Assembly (NCBI GenBank): GCA_963828165.1
Contig: CAWHDR010000001.1
Coordinates: 2,368,001 to 2,432,000, forward strand
Source of the DNA: an uncultured Chloroflexia bacterium
Lineage (GTDB): Bacteria; Chloroflexota; Limnocylindria; Limnocylindrales; CSP1-4
Direction: 5' to 3'
Length of the DNA: 64,000 nucleotides
Positions 45,758-56,607 of this stretch are shown here, in pieces. A program made the position numbers and the translations under genes. Every line of letters starts with the position of its first letter. The first letter of the stretch is position 1. Below the pieces are notes generated by a model. The model saw only the letters and a list, made by a program, of their open reading frames with translations, did no database searches and had not been told where the DNA came from.

Positions 45758-45787
45758 CGGACAGGCAGCCTCCGCAGGAGCCCCACC

Positions 45788-45958
45788 CGTCAGCCTCAGG
45801 CACCATTCGCCTACAAAGGTGCAGGACCGGCGAGCGCACGTCACCCCCAGGCACCATCGGGGCACAGCCGTGCACGATCGATCGCTCAGGCGGGCCGAAT
45901 CGCCCTACCAAGCGGTCGATCACGCGGATCTGTCGGTAAATCGTGCCTGAGGGTGACA
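45788..45958. repeat. 171-nt REPIN-like element, copy 1
   Basis: CGTCAGCCTCAGGCACC (45788), CGTCACCCCCAGGCACC (45839), inverted CGTGCCTGAGGGTGACA (45942-45958). Confidence 0.85.
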
Positions 45959-45986
45959 CGACCCCGCCGCGCGCGGCCCCTCACGC

Positions 45987-46016
45987 TTGACGGTCCCGGC
46001 GGGCCGCCCATACCAT
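45987..46016 (+). promoter_or_regulatory. Sigma70-type promoter upstream of glmU
   Basis: TTGACG, 18 nt, TACCAT. Confidence 0.65.
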
Positions 46017-46107
46017 CCGGGCTCCATCTGATGACACTCCTCCTCCGCCCGTCGGGCACCGCATGCAGCGCGGGCAAGCATCGCCCCGCGCACGCCCGAC
46101 GCCGCGC

Positions 46108-47588
46108 ATGAACCCTCCAAGTCCCGAGCCCATGCCTGGGCAAGCCGGCCGAACCACCGCCGTGGTCCTCGCGGCGGGTCTGGGCACGCGCATGAAGTCC
46201 GCGCATCCCAAGGTGCTGCACCCGCTGTGCGGCCGCCCGATGCTGGCCTACGTCCTCGATGCGTGGCACGAAGTCGCCGCAGCCGCCGGCACGACCCCCA
46301 CCAGACCGGTCATCGTCTATTCCCCGGCGGTCGAGGCCATCCGCGACGTCTTCACCGACCGCGCCGACTTCGCGCTCCAGGACGAACCCCGCGGCACCGG
46401 TGACGCCGTTCGCGCCGCGATCTCCGCGGTCCCCGACGACGCCACCGAGATCCTGATCCTGTCGGGCGACGTCCCGCTCATCGCGGCCAGCGATCTCGAC
46501 GCGATCCTCGAGGCTCGTCGCCAGGACGACGCGGCCATTGCCCTGGCCACGGTCTTCGCCGCGGACCCGGCCGAGCTCGGTCGCATCGTCCGCAGCGAGT
46601 TCGGCATCGTGGAGGCGATCGTCGAGTTCAAGGATGCCGACGAGGACCAGCTTGCCAACAACGAGATCAACTCGGGGCTGTACGCGTTCGATGCCGCTTG
46701 GCTGCGCCGCCGCCTCGAATCACTGGAGCCGTCGCCCACGACCGGCGAGCTGTACCTGACCGAGCTCGTCCGCCTCGCCCGCGAGGACGGCCGACTCGTC
46801 ACGGCCGTCGCCTTCGAGGACGACGGGCGCTTCGATGGCATCAACGACCGGTCGCAGCTCGCCGCCGCCGAGTGGAACCTGCGCGTGCGGCGCAACGAGG
46901 AGCACATGCGCGGGGGCGTCACGATGCGTGACCCGTCGACGGTCTACCTCGATTGGGACGTCACGCTCGCCCCTGACGTCACCCTCGAGCCGAACGTGAT
47001 CCTGCGCGGCAGGACCTCGGTGGGGGAGGGGACCGTGATCGGGGCGGGCAGCCAGATCATCGACAGCCAGATCGGCGCGCGGTCGCGCGTGTGGGCATCG
47101 ATCATCGAGTCCTCCGTCATCGAGGACGAGGCGACCGTTGGCCCGATGAGCCACCTGCGGCCGGGCAGCGTCGTCGGCCGTGGCGCCGAGGTGGGCAACT
47201 TTGCCGAGCTCAAGAACGCTCGCATCGGCGCCGGCAGCAAGCAGCACCACATGAGCTACCTCGGCGACGCCGAGCTCGGCGAAGGGGTCAATGTCGGCGC
47301 CGGCACGATCACCGCGAACTACGACGGCACGAACAAGTACCGAACGACGATCGGCGACGGCGCGTTCCTGGGCGTCGACACGATGATCGTCGCGCCCCGG
47401 GACATCGGGAAGGGTGCCAAGACAGGCGCCGGAGCCGTCGTCACGAAGGACGTCCCGGCCGGCAAGCTGGCGGTCGGCATGCCCGCGCGGATCCGCGAGC
47501 CACGCGTGAAACCCGCCGCGGACACGGATCCAGTCGCCGACTCGGACCCGGCCGACCCATCGGAACCCGCAGCCGGTGACGCGTCGTA

Positions 47589-47589
<1 letters not shown>
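46108..47589 (+). CDS. glmU: Bifunctional GlmU
   Basis: VLAAGLGTRMKS..PKVLH, GTGDAV, ELYLT, HMSYLGD, GAGTITANYDG; start could be 46132. Confidence 0.97.
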
Positions 47590-48926
<1,337 letters not shown>

Positions 48927-48947
48927 AGAGCGGTCAGACGGGCCTGA

Positions 48948-49973
48948 TCAGGCCGAGATCACCCCGACGATGATCTCCTGGAGCCGCGCCCGGGCCGCCG
49001 GCTGGACCACGCCCGCGGCATCGAGCTCCGCGAGCGCCTCGTCCCGGTAGCGGCGCGCCTGGTCGCGGGTGTAGTCGCGCGCGCCGACGCGCTCGAGGAT
49101 CTGCACGATCTCGGTCAGCTCCGTTGCCGTGGCTTCCGCCTTCGAGTAGATCTCGAGCAGCCGGGCGCGGTCCTCGGGGCCGGCGTGCTCGACCGCGTAG
49201 ATGACCGGCAGCGTCTTCTTCTTGTGCGCGACGTCGGACGGCTCCTTGCCGGTCGCCTGCTCGGCGCCCCAGATGCCCAGGAGGTCGTCGTTGATCTGGA
49301 AGGCGAGCCCGAGGGCCCAGCCGAACCGGCGATAGCGCGTGATGACCGCCTCGTCGTCCGTGGCGAGGAGGGCACCGGCCTCGATCGAGCCGGCGATGAG
49401 CGCCGCCGTCTTGCGCCCGATCATGTCGAGATACCGCTCGACCGACATCAGCTGGTCCGATTCGCTCGTCGCGATGTCGATGTACTGGCCCTCGCACAGC
49501 GCCAGGCACGTCTCGTCGTACAGGCGCATCAGCCGTAGGACCTTGGCGTCGGAGAAACCGAGATCGGTCAGCCGATGGAGGGCGATCCGCGACAGGCTGA
49601 ACAGCGTGTCTCCGGCGTTGATGGCCTGGGGAACGCCGTAGATGCTCCACAGCGTCGCTCGATGGCGTCGCTCGCGGTCCCCGTCCTCGATGTCGTCGTG
49701 GACCAGGCTGAAGTTATGACCGAGCTCGACCGCGGCCGCGCCCGGCAGCGCCTTGCGGTGATCGCCCGCGATCGAGGCGTACGCCAGGAGCCCCAGGAGG
49801 GGACGGATCCGCTTGCCGCCGCTCGCGCCGGACCCATCGAGCGCAAGGTGGTAGCGGACCATCTCGTAGAGGCCGTGGGTGGAAGGATCGCGGTCCTGGA
49901 CCAGCCTGACGATCTCGCCTTCGGTGTCGGCGATGAGCTCGGCGAGGTCCAGCTCGGGGAGCGTCGTGGTCAT
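48948..49973 (-). CDS. Polyprenyl diphosphate synthase
   Basis: GGKRIRP, SLVHDDIED..RR, GQYID, KTA, FQINDD. Confidence 0.95.
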   Translation of the reverse strand: MTTTLPELDLAELIADTEGEIVRLVQDRDPSTHGLYEMVRYHLALDGSGASGGKRIRPLLGLLAYASIAGDHRKALPGAAAVELGHNFSLVHDDIEDGDRERRHRATLWSIYGVPQAINAGDTLFSLSRIALHRLTDLGFSDAKVLRLMRLYDETCLALCEGQYIDIATSESDQLMSVERYLDMIGRKTAALIAGSIEAGALLATDDEAVITRYRRFGWALGLAFQINDDLLGIWGAEQATGKEPSDVAHKKKTLPVIYAVEHAGPEDRARLLEIYSKAEATATELTEIVQILERVGARDYTRDQARRYRDEALAELDAAGVVQPAARARLQEIIVGVISA

Positions 49974-50212
49974 CGTGGCGCCAGTGTACACGAAACGTGT
50001 TCGCTGGCGGTAGCCTGTTGACCGCCCGGCCGGGTGCGAGCCGCGCCAGGCGCCACGCGACGGGCCGCGAACCGCAGGCACGCGACAACGACGCCGGCGC
50101 GGGGGACGCGACCGCACCGGCGTCTAACAATGAGGTACGCGCGGAAGCCTCGCACGGATGAGTCGGGCGCCAGCGACCCCTCTGCGAGCCCCGTGCTACC
50201 GTCGCTGGCGAG

Positions 50213-50986
50213 ATGCCCGCACCCCGCCGCTACACCACCGAGGCCATCGTGCTCTCACGCTTCGACCTGGGGGAGGCGGACCGGGTCCTGACCCTGATCA
50301 CCCCCGGCGGCGGCAAGCTGAAGGCGATCGCCAAGGGCGTGCGGCGGACGACCTCTCGGCTCGGTGGCAGCCTGGAGCCGTTCGCGGAGCTGACCGTGTC
50401 GCTCGCTCGGGGCCGCACGTTCGAGGTCGTCACCCAGGTCAGCGTCGGCCATGCCTGGCTGAACCTGCGCGACTCCCTGGAGAGTGCCGCCACCGCCTGG
50501 TATCTGGCCGAGCTCGCGGATCGCAGTCTCGAGGAGCGCCACGCCGCCGAGCCGCTGTACGCGCTCCTGCGCCGCGCCTACGAATTGCTCGATGCGGGCA
50601 TGGCGCCCGGTCGGGTCGCGCGCTGGTACGAGATGCACCTGCTCGACGAGCTTGGCATGCGCCCCGAGGTCGATCGCTGCGTCGAGTGCGACCGCATGCT
50701 CGAGGCGGAGGAGCGCTTTCGCTGGGTGCCGCCACTCGGCGGTGTCATCTGCCAGCGATGTCCCGGGCCGCCGCACGAGCGCACCGGCCTCACCCTCGAG
50801 GGACTGAAGCTGCTCAAGGCGTACCAGCGTCTCGACATCGAGGCCCTCGCCGAGCTCCGCCTGGCCGTGGCGGTGGAGCGCGAGGTCGAGACGGCCCTGC
50901 GCGACTTCGTGGGCCAGGCCCTCGAGCGGCAGGCCCGCTCGCTCGCCTTCCTCGACGAGGTCCGCCACGCCCCGCTGGCGCGCTGA
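50213..50986 (+). CDS. recO: DNA repair protein RecO
   Basis: GEADRVLTLIT, AKGVRR..SRLGG.LEPF, CVEC..CQRC zinc finger. Confidence 0.96.
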   Translation: MPAPRRYTTEAIVLSRFDLGEADRVLTLITPGGGKLKAIAKGVRRTTSRLGGSLEPFAELTVSLARGRTFEVVTQVSVGHAWLNLRDSLESAATAWYLAELADRSLEERHAAEPLYALLRRAYELLDAGMAPGRVARWYEMHLLDELGMRPEVDRCVECDRMLEAEERFRWVPPLGGVICQRCPGPPHERTGLTLEGLKLLKAYQRLDIEALAELRLAVAVEREVETALRDFVGQALERQARSLAFLDEVRHAPLAR

Positions 50987-51017
50987 CCGCACTCGGCGGC
51001 CCTCTCGACCGACCCGG

Positions 51018-51188
51018 CGTCACTACCAGGCACGAAAACCGTACATGTCAGCGTGATCGCACGGCTGCCGTCACCACCAGGCACGCTGATGGCACAAACG
51101 AGCGTGACCCGTCACTCATGTGGTCCCGGATCGCCTACGAAGCGATCGATCACGATGGACGATGCCGGATCGGTGCCTGGGGCTGACG
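51018..51188. repeat. 171-nt REPIN-like element, copy 2
   Basis: CGTCACTACCAGGCACG (51018), CGTCACCACCAGGCACG (51069), inverted GGTGCCTGGGGCTGACG (51172-51188); same offsets as copy 1. Confidence 0.85.
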
Positions 51189-51207
51189 TTGCGCGGCGGG
51201 AACGCAA

Positions 51208-52488
51208 CTAGATGAGCGGCGCGATCAGGGCCGCCGCGCGCGCCGCCCCGTCCGTCTCGACCGGGCGGTAGTCCACCGGCCGATCGATCTCCGCGGCGAT
51301 GGCCTCCGCGATGACCTCGGGCGGGGAGGCGGCGTACTCCATGTAGCGCCCGGCCCCGTATCGCTCCAATCGATGCCGGACGTGCCGGTTCTGCTCGAAG
51401 TGGTCGCGCAGCGGGAAGTACAGGAACGGCCGGCGCGCGGCCGCCAGCTCCATCGTCGTCGTCAGCCCGCCCTGTACGACCGCCAGGTCGCAGGCCGCCA
51501 GGTGCCGGTACAGGTCGGGGACGAAGGCGCGGACCTCAACCCCGGCGACCGCCCCCAGCGACGCGGGGTCGATGCGCGGTCCGGCGACCGCGATCATGCG
51601 CAGGCCGTTGACGCGCCGCGCGGCATCGGGATAGCTGGCGATGACCCGTCGCAGGAGCGACTCGCCGACGCCCGAGCCACCGACCGTGACGATCACGACC
51701 CGCTCATCCGGCTGGTAGCCGAGCTCGCGGCGGAGTTCCTCGCGCCCTTCGATCAACGGGGTCGGATCGAACCCGGTGACGTAGCCGCTGAACTCGAAGT
51801 GCCGCTCGGTCCAGTCGCGGATGGGCCCGAGGCCAGGCCCGAAGTCGTCGGGCACGATGTCGTCGGGTTCGCCGACGAAGATCGAGCGGTCGCGGACGCG
51901 TGGGAAGCGCTCCACCTGTTCGATCATCTCGGCGTTGTAGTCGGACGTCAGGAACGCCTCGCGATCGCCGCCCGACGGCATCGGGAGCCAGCCGACGAAA
52001 TCGGTCATCCAGGCGAACGCCGTCCGCTTCAGCTCCGGGTTCTCGTGCAGGAAGTAGTCCACGTCCCAGGCCTCATCCCCGATCACGAGGTCGTACTCGC
52101 CGCTCTCGATCGCGTCGTGGAAGACCATGAAGTTCGCGACGAGGATCTCGTCCATGCGGCGGATCGCCTGGAACGCATTGAGGTCGTGCTCCGACGATTC
52201 GGCGGTGATGTGCGCGGATTCCGAGGCCAGCTCGGCGCTCAGCGGGTGGATGCGTTCACCGTGGGCCTCGAGCACGGTCGTGACCGGGCTCTGGGCGAGC
52301 CAATCGATCTCGATATCCGGCCGTAGCTTGCGGAGCTCGCCCGCGATCGCGACGTCGCGCTGTGCGTGGCCGAGGCCGATGGGGGAGGAGATGTAGAGCG
52401 CGCGACGCCGGCGGGCGAGTGCGCGGGTCCACGTTCGCGGCGTGCTTTGGGGGCTCGGAGCGTTCGATGGAGTCGATGGCGCGATCAC
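51208..52488 (-). CDS. GT-B fold glycosyltransferase-like protein
   Basis: SSPIGLGHAQRD, VTVGGSG, CDLAVVQGGLTTTMEL, HFEQ. Confidence 0.8.
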   Translation of the reverse strand: MIAPSTPSNAPSPQSTPRTWTRALARRRRALYISSPIGLGHAQRDVAIAGELRKLRPDIEIDWLAQSPVTTVLEAHGERIHPLSAELASESAHITAESSEHDLNAFQAIRRMDEILVANFMVFHDAIESGEYDLVIGDEAWDVDYFLHENPELKRTAFAWMTDFVGWLPMPSGGDREAFLTSDYNAEMIEQVERFPRVRDRSIFVGEPDDIVPDDFGPGLGPIRDWTERHFEFSGYVTGFDPTPLIEGREELRRELGYQPDERVVIVTVGGSGVGESLLRRVIASYPDAARRVNGLRMIAVAGPRIDPASLGAVAGVEVRAFVPDLYRHLAACDLAVVQGGLTTTMELAAARRPFLYFPLRDHFEQNRHVRHRLERYGAGRYMEYAASPPEVIAEAIAAEIDRPVDYRPVETDGAARAAALIAPLI

Positions 52489-53374
52489 TGGACCGTCTCC
52501 TGTGGGAGGGATCGGACGAAGTCACGGATGAGCAAGTTCGCGAGGATCGGATGGCGGGCCGGGATCATGTGGTCGGCGCCCTCGACTTCGACGAGTGGCG
52601 CGCCGGTCAGCTCGGACAGCCGCCGCGACCGCTCGACGGGCTGGCAGGTGTCCTCGGTCCCGTGGACGAGGAGCAGCGGGCAGCGAACGGCGCGGAGCGT
52701 CGCCAGGATGTCGTCGAGCTCGAAGTCCTGGGCGAGCAGGTTGTCGGCGATCATCGCGTCGATCGAGCCCTCGAGCGCCCACTCCACGGCGTCCTCGATC
52801 TGCTTGGTCGAATGGGGCTCGGAGGTGATCTCTTCGAAGAAGAACCGGGCGAAGCCCGCGTAGTCCCGACGAAAGTAGTGCTGGTTGACCTTCGCCCAGC
52901 CTTCGTCGGTCGGCAGCTCGTCCTCGAAGGACCACTGGACCTTGAACGGGTGCGGTGGCGCCATGCCCGGCACGCCGGCCGCGAAGGAGACGATGCCGGT
53001 GACACGCTCCGGCTTGGCCGCGGCCAGCTCGATCGCGCGCCAGACGCCATCGCTGCACAGTCCGACGAGGACTGCGGCCGGCGTTCCCGTGGCATCCATG
53101 ACGGCCTCGATATCGCCGACGCAGCCGCTCCTCGCGGTAGTCATCGGGTTCGGTCGGGCGGTCGGAGCGCCCGTTGCCGCGGCCGTCGAAGGCCACGACC
53201 CGGTGCTGCCGGCTGAAGTAGGGGACCTGGCCCTTCCACTGGCGCGAATGGACGATCGGCGTCGATGGGAGGAACACGATCGTCGGGTCGCCAGCGCCGA
53301 ACACTTCGTAGGCGATCCGCACGCCGTCGGCGACTGGTGGCGATGCCGGCCTCGGCCGGCTCGACCGCGCGCAT
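52485..53374 (-). pseudogene. Alpha/beta hydrolase with two frameshifts
   Basis: MRAVEP.. / DGVRIAYEVFG..FDGRGNGRSDRP / VGDIEAVMDA..GADH in three frames; shifts near 53332 and 53121. Confidence 0.8.
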
Positions 53375-54327
53375 CAGGCGGTCCGCCGACCGAAGCCCGG
53401 GTGGACCGAGGCCACGAAGTCGCGGAGAAGCAGGTTGGTGAGGACCGGGTCTCGAGCATCCGGGATGTGGCCTCCGCCCGCGATGGTGACGAGCCGCGCG
53501 CCACGGACCGCCTCCGCGAGCGCGATACCCGGCCCGGCGCCGGAGATCGCGTCGTTGTCGCCGACGATCACCAACACGGGGCAATGGACCCGAGCGGCCA
53601 GGGCAAGCGTCTCCTCGGCGCTCAGGCCGTCGGCGTGGTGGCCCGTGACGAGCGTCTCGGCCCCGATCTCGTGGCCCCAGCCGACGCAGTCCTCGATCTG
53701 CTTGGTGGAGTGCGGCTCATTGAAGCAGCGCGAGAAGAAGAACTGGAGGAAGCCGTCGAGATCGCGCCGCCAGTAGTGCGCGTTGTACTTGGCCCACCCC
53801 TCGTCGGTGCCCAGCACGTCGTCGAACGGGAGCCAGCGCCGTCCCGGGAGGCGCCTACCGATCGGCAGGCTCGGGCCGATCGCAACGAAGCCATCCACCC
53901 GATCCGGGTGCTCTGCGGCGACCAGCAGACCGCGTTGGGCGCCGAGCGACAACGTGACCAGCGTTGCCCGGGCCGTGGCCGTGGCGTCCATGACCGCCAC
54001 GATGTCGGCGGCCATCTCGCGCTCGTCATACGACTCCGGCTCTGCCGGTCGGTCCGACTTGCCGTTGCCGCGTGGATCGAACGTGACGACCCGGCAATGG
54101 CGGGCGAAGTAGGGGATCTGGGCTTTCCAGAGTCGCGAGTGCACGATGTGCCAGGTCGGCACGAACAGGATCGTCGGTCCGCCTTCGCCATACACCTCGT
54201 AGGCGACCCGCACGCCGTCACGTTCGACGAGGCCCTCGGCATCGGGGTAGCGGGCGCGCATCTGCTCGTGAACGCCGGTGTCGGTGGCGGTGGCGTGCGC
54301 GTGGACCGGGGGCGTGTCGACGGCCAT
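53374..54327 (-). CDS. Alpha/beta hydrolase
   Basis: DGVRVAYEVYG, FDPRGNGKSDRP, TLSLG elbow, GDND, GGGH; start could be 54261. Confidence 0.9.
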   Translation of the reverse strand: MAVDTPPVHAHATATDTGVHEQMRARYPDAEGLVERDGVRVAYEVYGEGGPTILFVPTWHIVHSRLWKAQIPYFARHCRVVTFDPRGNGKSDRPAEPESYDEREMAADIVAVMDATATARATLVTLSLGAQRGLLVAAEHPDRVDGFVAIGPSLPIGRRLPGRRWLPFDDVLGTDEGWAKYNAHYWRRDLDGFLQFFFSRCFNEPHSTKQIEDCVGWGHEIGAETLVTGHHADGLSAEETLALAARVHCPVLVIVGDNDAISGAGPGIALAEAVRGARLVTIAGGGHIPDARDPVLTNLLLRDFVASVHPGFGRRTA

Positions 54328-54332
54328 CGTGA

Positions 54333-55007
54333 TTACCCCGCTGTCACCGTCGTATCGGGGTCGGTCTCGGGCGTGGGCGCGGCCACGCGCCGGAGGAGCA
54401 CCCCGACCTTGCGCAGCGCCGAGCGCATCGGGAGCGTGGATTCGGTGACGCCGAGCAGGATCAGCTCCTCGGCGCCCAGGAACGGGGTACCCATCAGGGC
54501 CGCGATCTCGTCCGGCGTGAAGCCGCCGAGGTCGCCGCCACGTTCCTGCTCGCGCCGAGCGACTTCCGCGAGGACCCGATACCACCCACCGGCGATCTCG
54601 CGGACCGCGGCCGCGACCTCCGGGTCGGACCAGCCGGCGGCGATCATCTCCTGGAGGATCCGGACGTAGCCGGAATCGAGGTCGGCGTCGAGGAAATCGC
54701 AGGCCCGCTCCCAGCGGACCCACAGCGGCTCCGGCGCGTCGAACATGTCGCGCTGGCGTTCCAGCAGGCGCGCGGTCTCGGCCTCGAGGACCGCCAGGAT
54801 GAGCTGGCGCTTCGATCCGAAGTGGTAGTGGATCTGGCTGAGCGGGACCTGCGCCGCATCCGCCACGCGGCGGGTCGAGAGGTTGGCATAGCCGTCGGCC
54901 AGCAGGCAGCTTCGCGCCGCCGCGACGATCGCGGCGCGGGTGTCGGCGGTCGCCTGCTCTCGGCGCTCACCTCGAGTTCGGCCGTCGGTCGAGGTCGGAT
55001 CCAACAC
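54333..55007 (-). CDS. TetR/AcrR family regulator
   Basis: GYANLSTRRVADAAQVPLSQIHYHFGSKRQL; GTG 6 nt after TATGCT. Confidence 0.92.
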   Translation of the reverse strand: MLDPTSTDGRTRGERREQATADTRAAIVAAARSCLLADGYANLSTRRVADAAQVPLSQIHYHFGSKRQLILAVLEAETARLLERQRDMFDAPEPLWVRWERACDFLDADLDSGYVRILQEMIAAGWSDPEVAAAVREIAGGWYRVLAEVARREQERGGDLGGFTPDEIAALMGTPFLGAEELILLGVTESTLPMRSALRKVGVLLRRVAAPTPETDPDTTVTAG

Positions 55008-55048
55008 GCGCCGAGCATACGACCCGGCGCTCGCGCGCGATCCGGCGC

Positions 55049-55819
55049 TCACGCGGCGACCACGTACACGGCTGCAAGGACGAGCACGACGCCAAGCGGG
55101 CGAGTGAGCCGACGACCCTGTGGCAGGTTCTTCTCGATGGCGGTGACGGCGCCGAGCACCAGCATGGCCGTCAGGCTGCTGATGCCGACACCGAACATGA
55201 CGAGCATCAGCGACCAACAGCAACCGACGCAGAACGCTCCGTGGGCGAGGCCCATCGCCAGCGCCTCGCGTCGCTCGGACACCCCGCGCCAGCGGTTCAG
55301 CACGAACCCCAGCGGGCTGCGGCACTCGTCCAGACAGCGGTCGCGGAGCGGGCTGAACTGCCACACGCCGGCCCCGAGCAGGGTGGCGCCGAGGATCAGC
55401 TGCGGATGCGCCGCGAGCCACGGCAGGGCATCGACCGCAGCGTGGACGCCGCGGTCCGCCGCCCACGCGGCGAACCCGAACGCGCCCCACACGAGCAGGT
55501 AGCCCAGCAGCAGTAGCACGACCAGCTGGCCGGGCCGGGCGCGCCGGCCGACGAGGGCCGCGAACGTGACCACCAGCGGCACGCTGCTGGGCAGCATCAT
55601 CGCGACGATCATCAGCGTCCAGCCGAGCGTGAAGGCGATCGCGCCGACGGCCACCGAGGTGCTGACCCCGCCACCGACCTCGTGGTGCAGGTAGTGCCCG
55701 TACGGGGAGCCCTCCCACCACCAAAGTGCGAGCCAGGCCAGCCCGGCGATGGCCGCGAGGGACCCGGTCAGGATCGCCCGATCCCGACCGGGTGCGCGAA
55801 GGTGCGCGGGAGAGAACAT
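55049..55819 (-). CDS. DUF2182-like predicted metal-binding membrane protein
   Basis: WTLMIVAMMLPS, QFSPLRDRCLDECRSP, CVGCCWSLM, EK; several TM segments. Confidence 0.85.
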   Translation of the reverse strand: MFSPAHLRAPGRDRAILTGSLAAIAGLAWLALWWWEGSPYGHYLHHEVGGGVSTSVAVGAIAFTLGWTLMIVAMMLPSSVPLVVTFAALVGRRARPGQLVVLLLLGYLLVWGAFGFAAWAADRGVHAAVDALPWLAAHPQLILGATLLGAGVWQFSPLRDRCLDECRSPLGFVLNRWRGVSERREALAMGLAHGAFCVGCCWSLMLVMFGVGISSLTAMLVLGAVTAIEKNLPQGRRLTRPLGVVLVLAAVYVVAA

Positions 55820-55840
55820 CGGCCCGGCTCCTTCGCCGCG

Positions 55841-56449
55841 TCAGGCCGCGAAGCGGAAGTGGCCCTGGAGGGCGTTGTGCCCCTGCAGGTCGACGCTCGG
55901 GATGCCGTGGCCAGTCCCGTCCTTCGTGAACTGGCTGGCCTTGCTGGCGAACACCGGCGAGCCCGGGATGGTGCTGAACACCGTCTCGGCCAGCGTGGTC
56001 GGGTTGCCGGTGGCGCCCATGAACGGTGCCATCTCGGCCTCGACGCGCGTCCCGATCTTGAGCTTGCCCTTACCGCCATCCACGGTGAAGCTGATCGGCG
56101 CGCGTTCAACGGCCACGACCTCACCGATGAGGCCCGCCAGGTCGGCGATCGCGCCACCGAGCTGTCCGGTGAACAGCTTGAGCAGCACGCCTTCCTGCTC
56201 GCTGGTGGCGCGCTCGTCGACGAACACGACGGCCTTCCACGACTTCGGGATCAGGATGTTCTTGGGGATGTGGGCCGAGACCGCCATCGTCAGCCCATCG
56301 ACGCTCACGCCCTCGATCGAACCCTGTTCGATGCCCCAGGCGATCACGGTGTCGCACGTCTTGAAGTCCGGGTCCTCGCCGACCCAGCATGGGCACAGCA
56401 CGTTGCAGGTGCAGACCTCCAACAGCCGTCCCTCGATCTCGTACGCCAT
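55841..56449 (-). CDS. DUF1326-like Cys-rich protein
   Basis: EVCTCNVLCPC..CD, FVDERAT.EQ; adjacent to DUF2182-like gene. Confidence 0.85.
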   Translation of the reverse strand: MAYEIEGRLLEVCTCNVLCPCWVGEDPDFKTCDTVIAWGIEQGSIEGVSVDGLTMAVSAHIPKNILIPKSWKAVVFVDERATSEQEGVLLKLFTGQLGGAIADLAGLIGEVVAVERAPISFTVDGGKGKLKIGTRVEAEMAPFMGATGNPTTLAETVFSTIPGSPVFASKASQFTKDGTGHGIPSVDLQGHNALQGHFRFAA

Positions 56450-56482
56450 CACGCACCTCCCCATGCCCACGTGTCGGGGCTA

Positions 56483-56516
56483 TCGGTCAATCGACCGACA
56501 TCGGTCGAACGACCGA
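56483..56516. promoter_or_regulatory. Tandem palindromic operators, probably TetR-type
   Basis: TCGGTC-AATC-GACCGA (56483-56498) and TCGGTC-GAAC-GACCGA (56501-56516). Confidence 0.75.
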
Positions 56517-56544
56517 ACAATAGCGCGGGTTTGCCGGTTGTCAA
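56517..56544 (-). promoter_or_regulatory. Sigma70-type promoter of the DUF1326 cassette
   Basis: Minus strand TTGACA (56544-56539), 16 nt, TATTGT (56522-56517). Confidence 0.75.
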
Positions 56545-56607
56545 GCCGTAGCGGTGGAGATCGGGCGCGCTCTGCTAGCATCGGGCCCCCAGTCCTCGCG
56601 TCCGGCC

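Noticed and set aside
45758-46107. tRNA gene upstream of glmU
   Set aside because: No cloverleaf or T-loop consensus seen; the interval is explained by the repeat element and promoter.
51018-51188. CRISPR mini-array reading of 17-nt repeats with a 34-nt spacer
   Set aside because: Repeats too short, only two direct copies, third copy inverted, spacers resemble each other between loci, and no cas genes present.
52485-53374. Programmed ribosomal frameshifting in the second hydrolase or the anti-sigma gene
   Set aside because: No slippery heptamer at the shift sites and two shifts per gene would be needed; decay or sequence error is simpler.
56545-56607. T-box riboswitch upstream of glyQS
   Set aside because: Leader too short and no GGTGG-ACCGCG-type T-box sequence.
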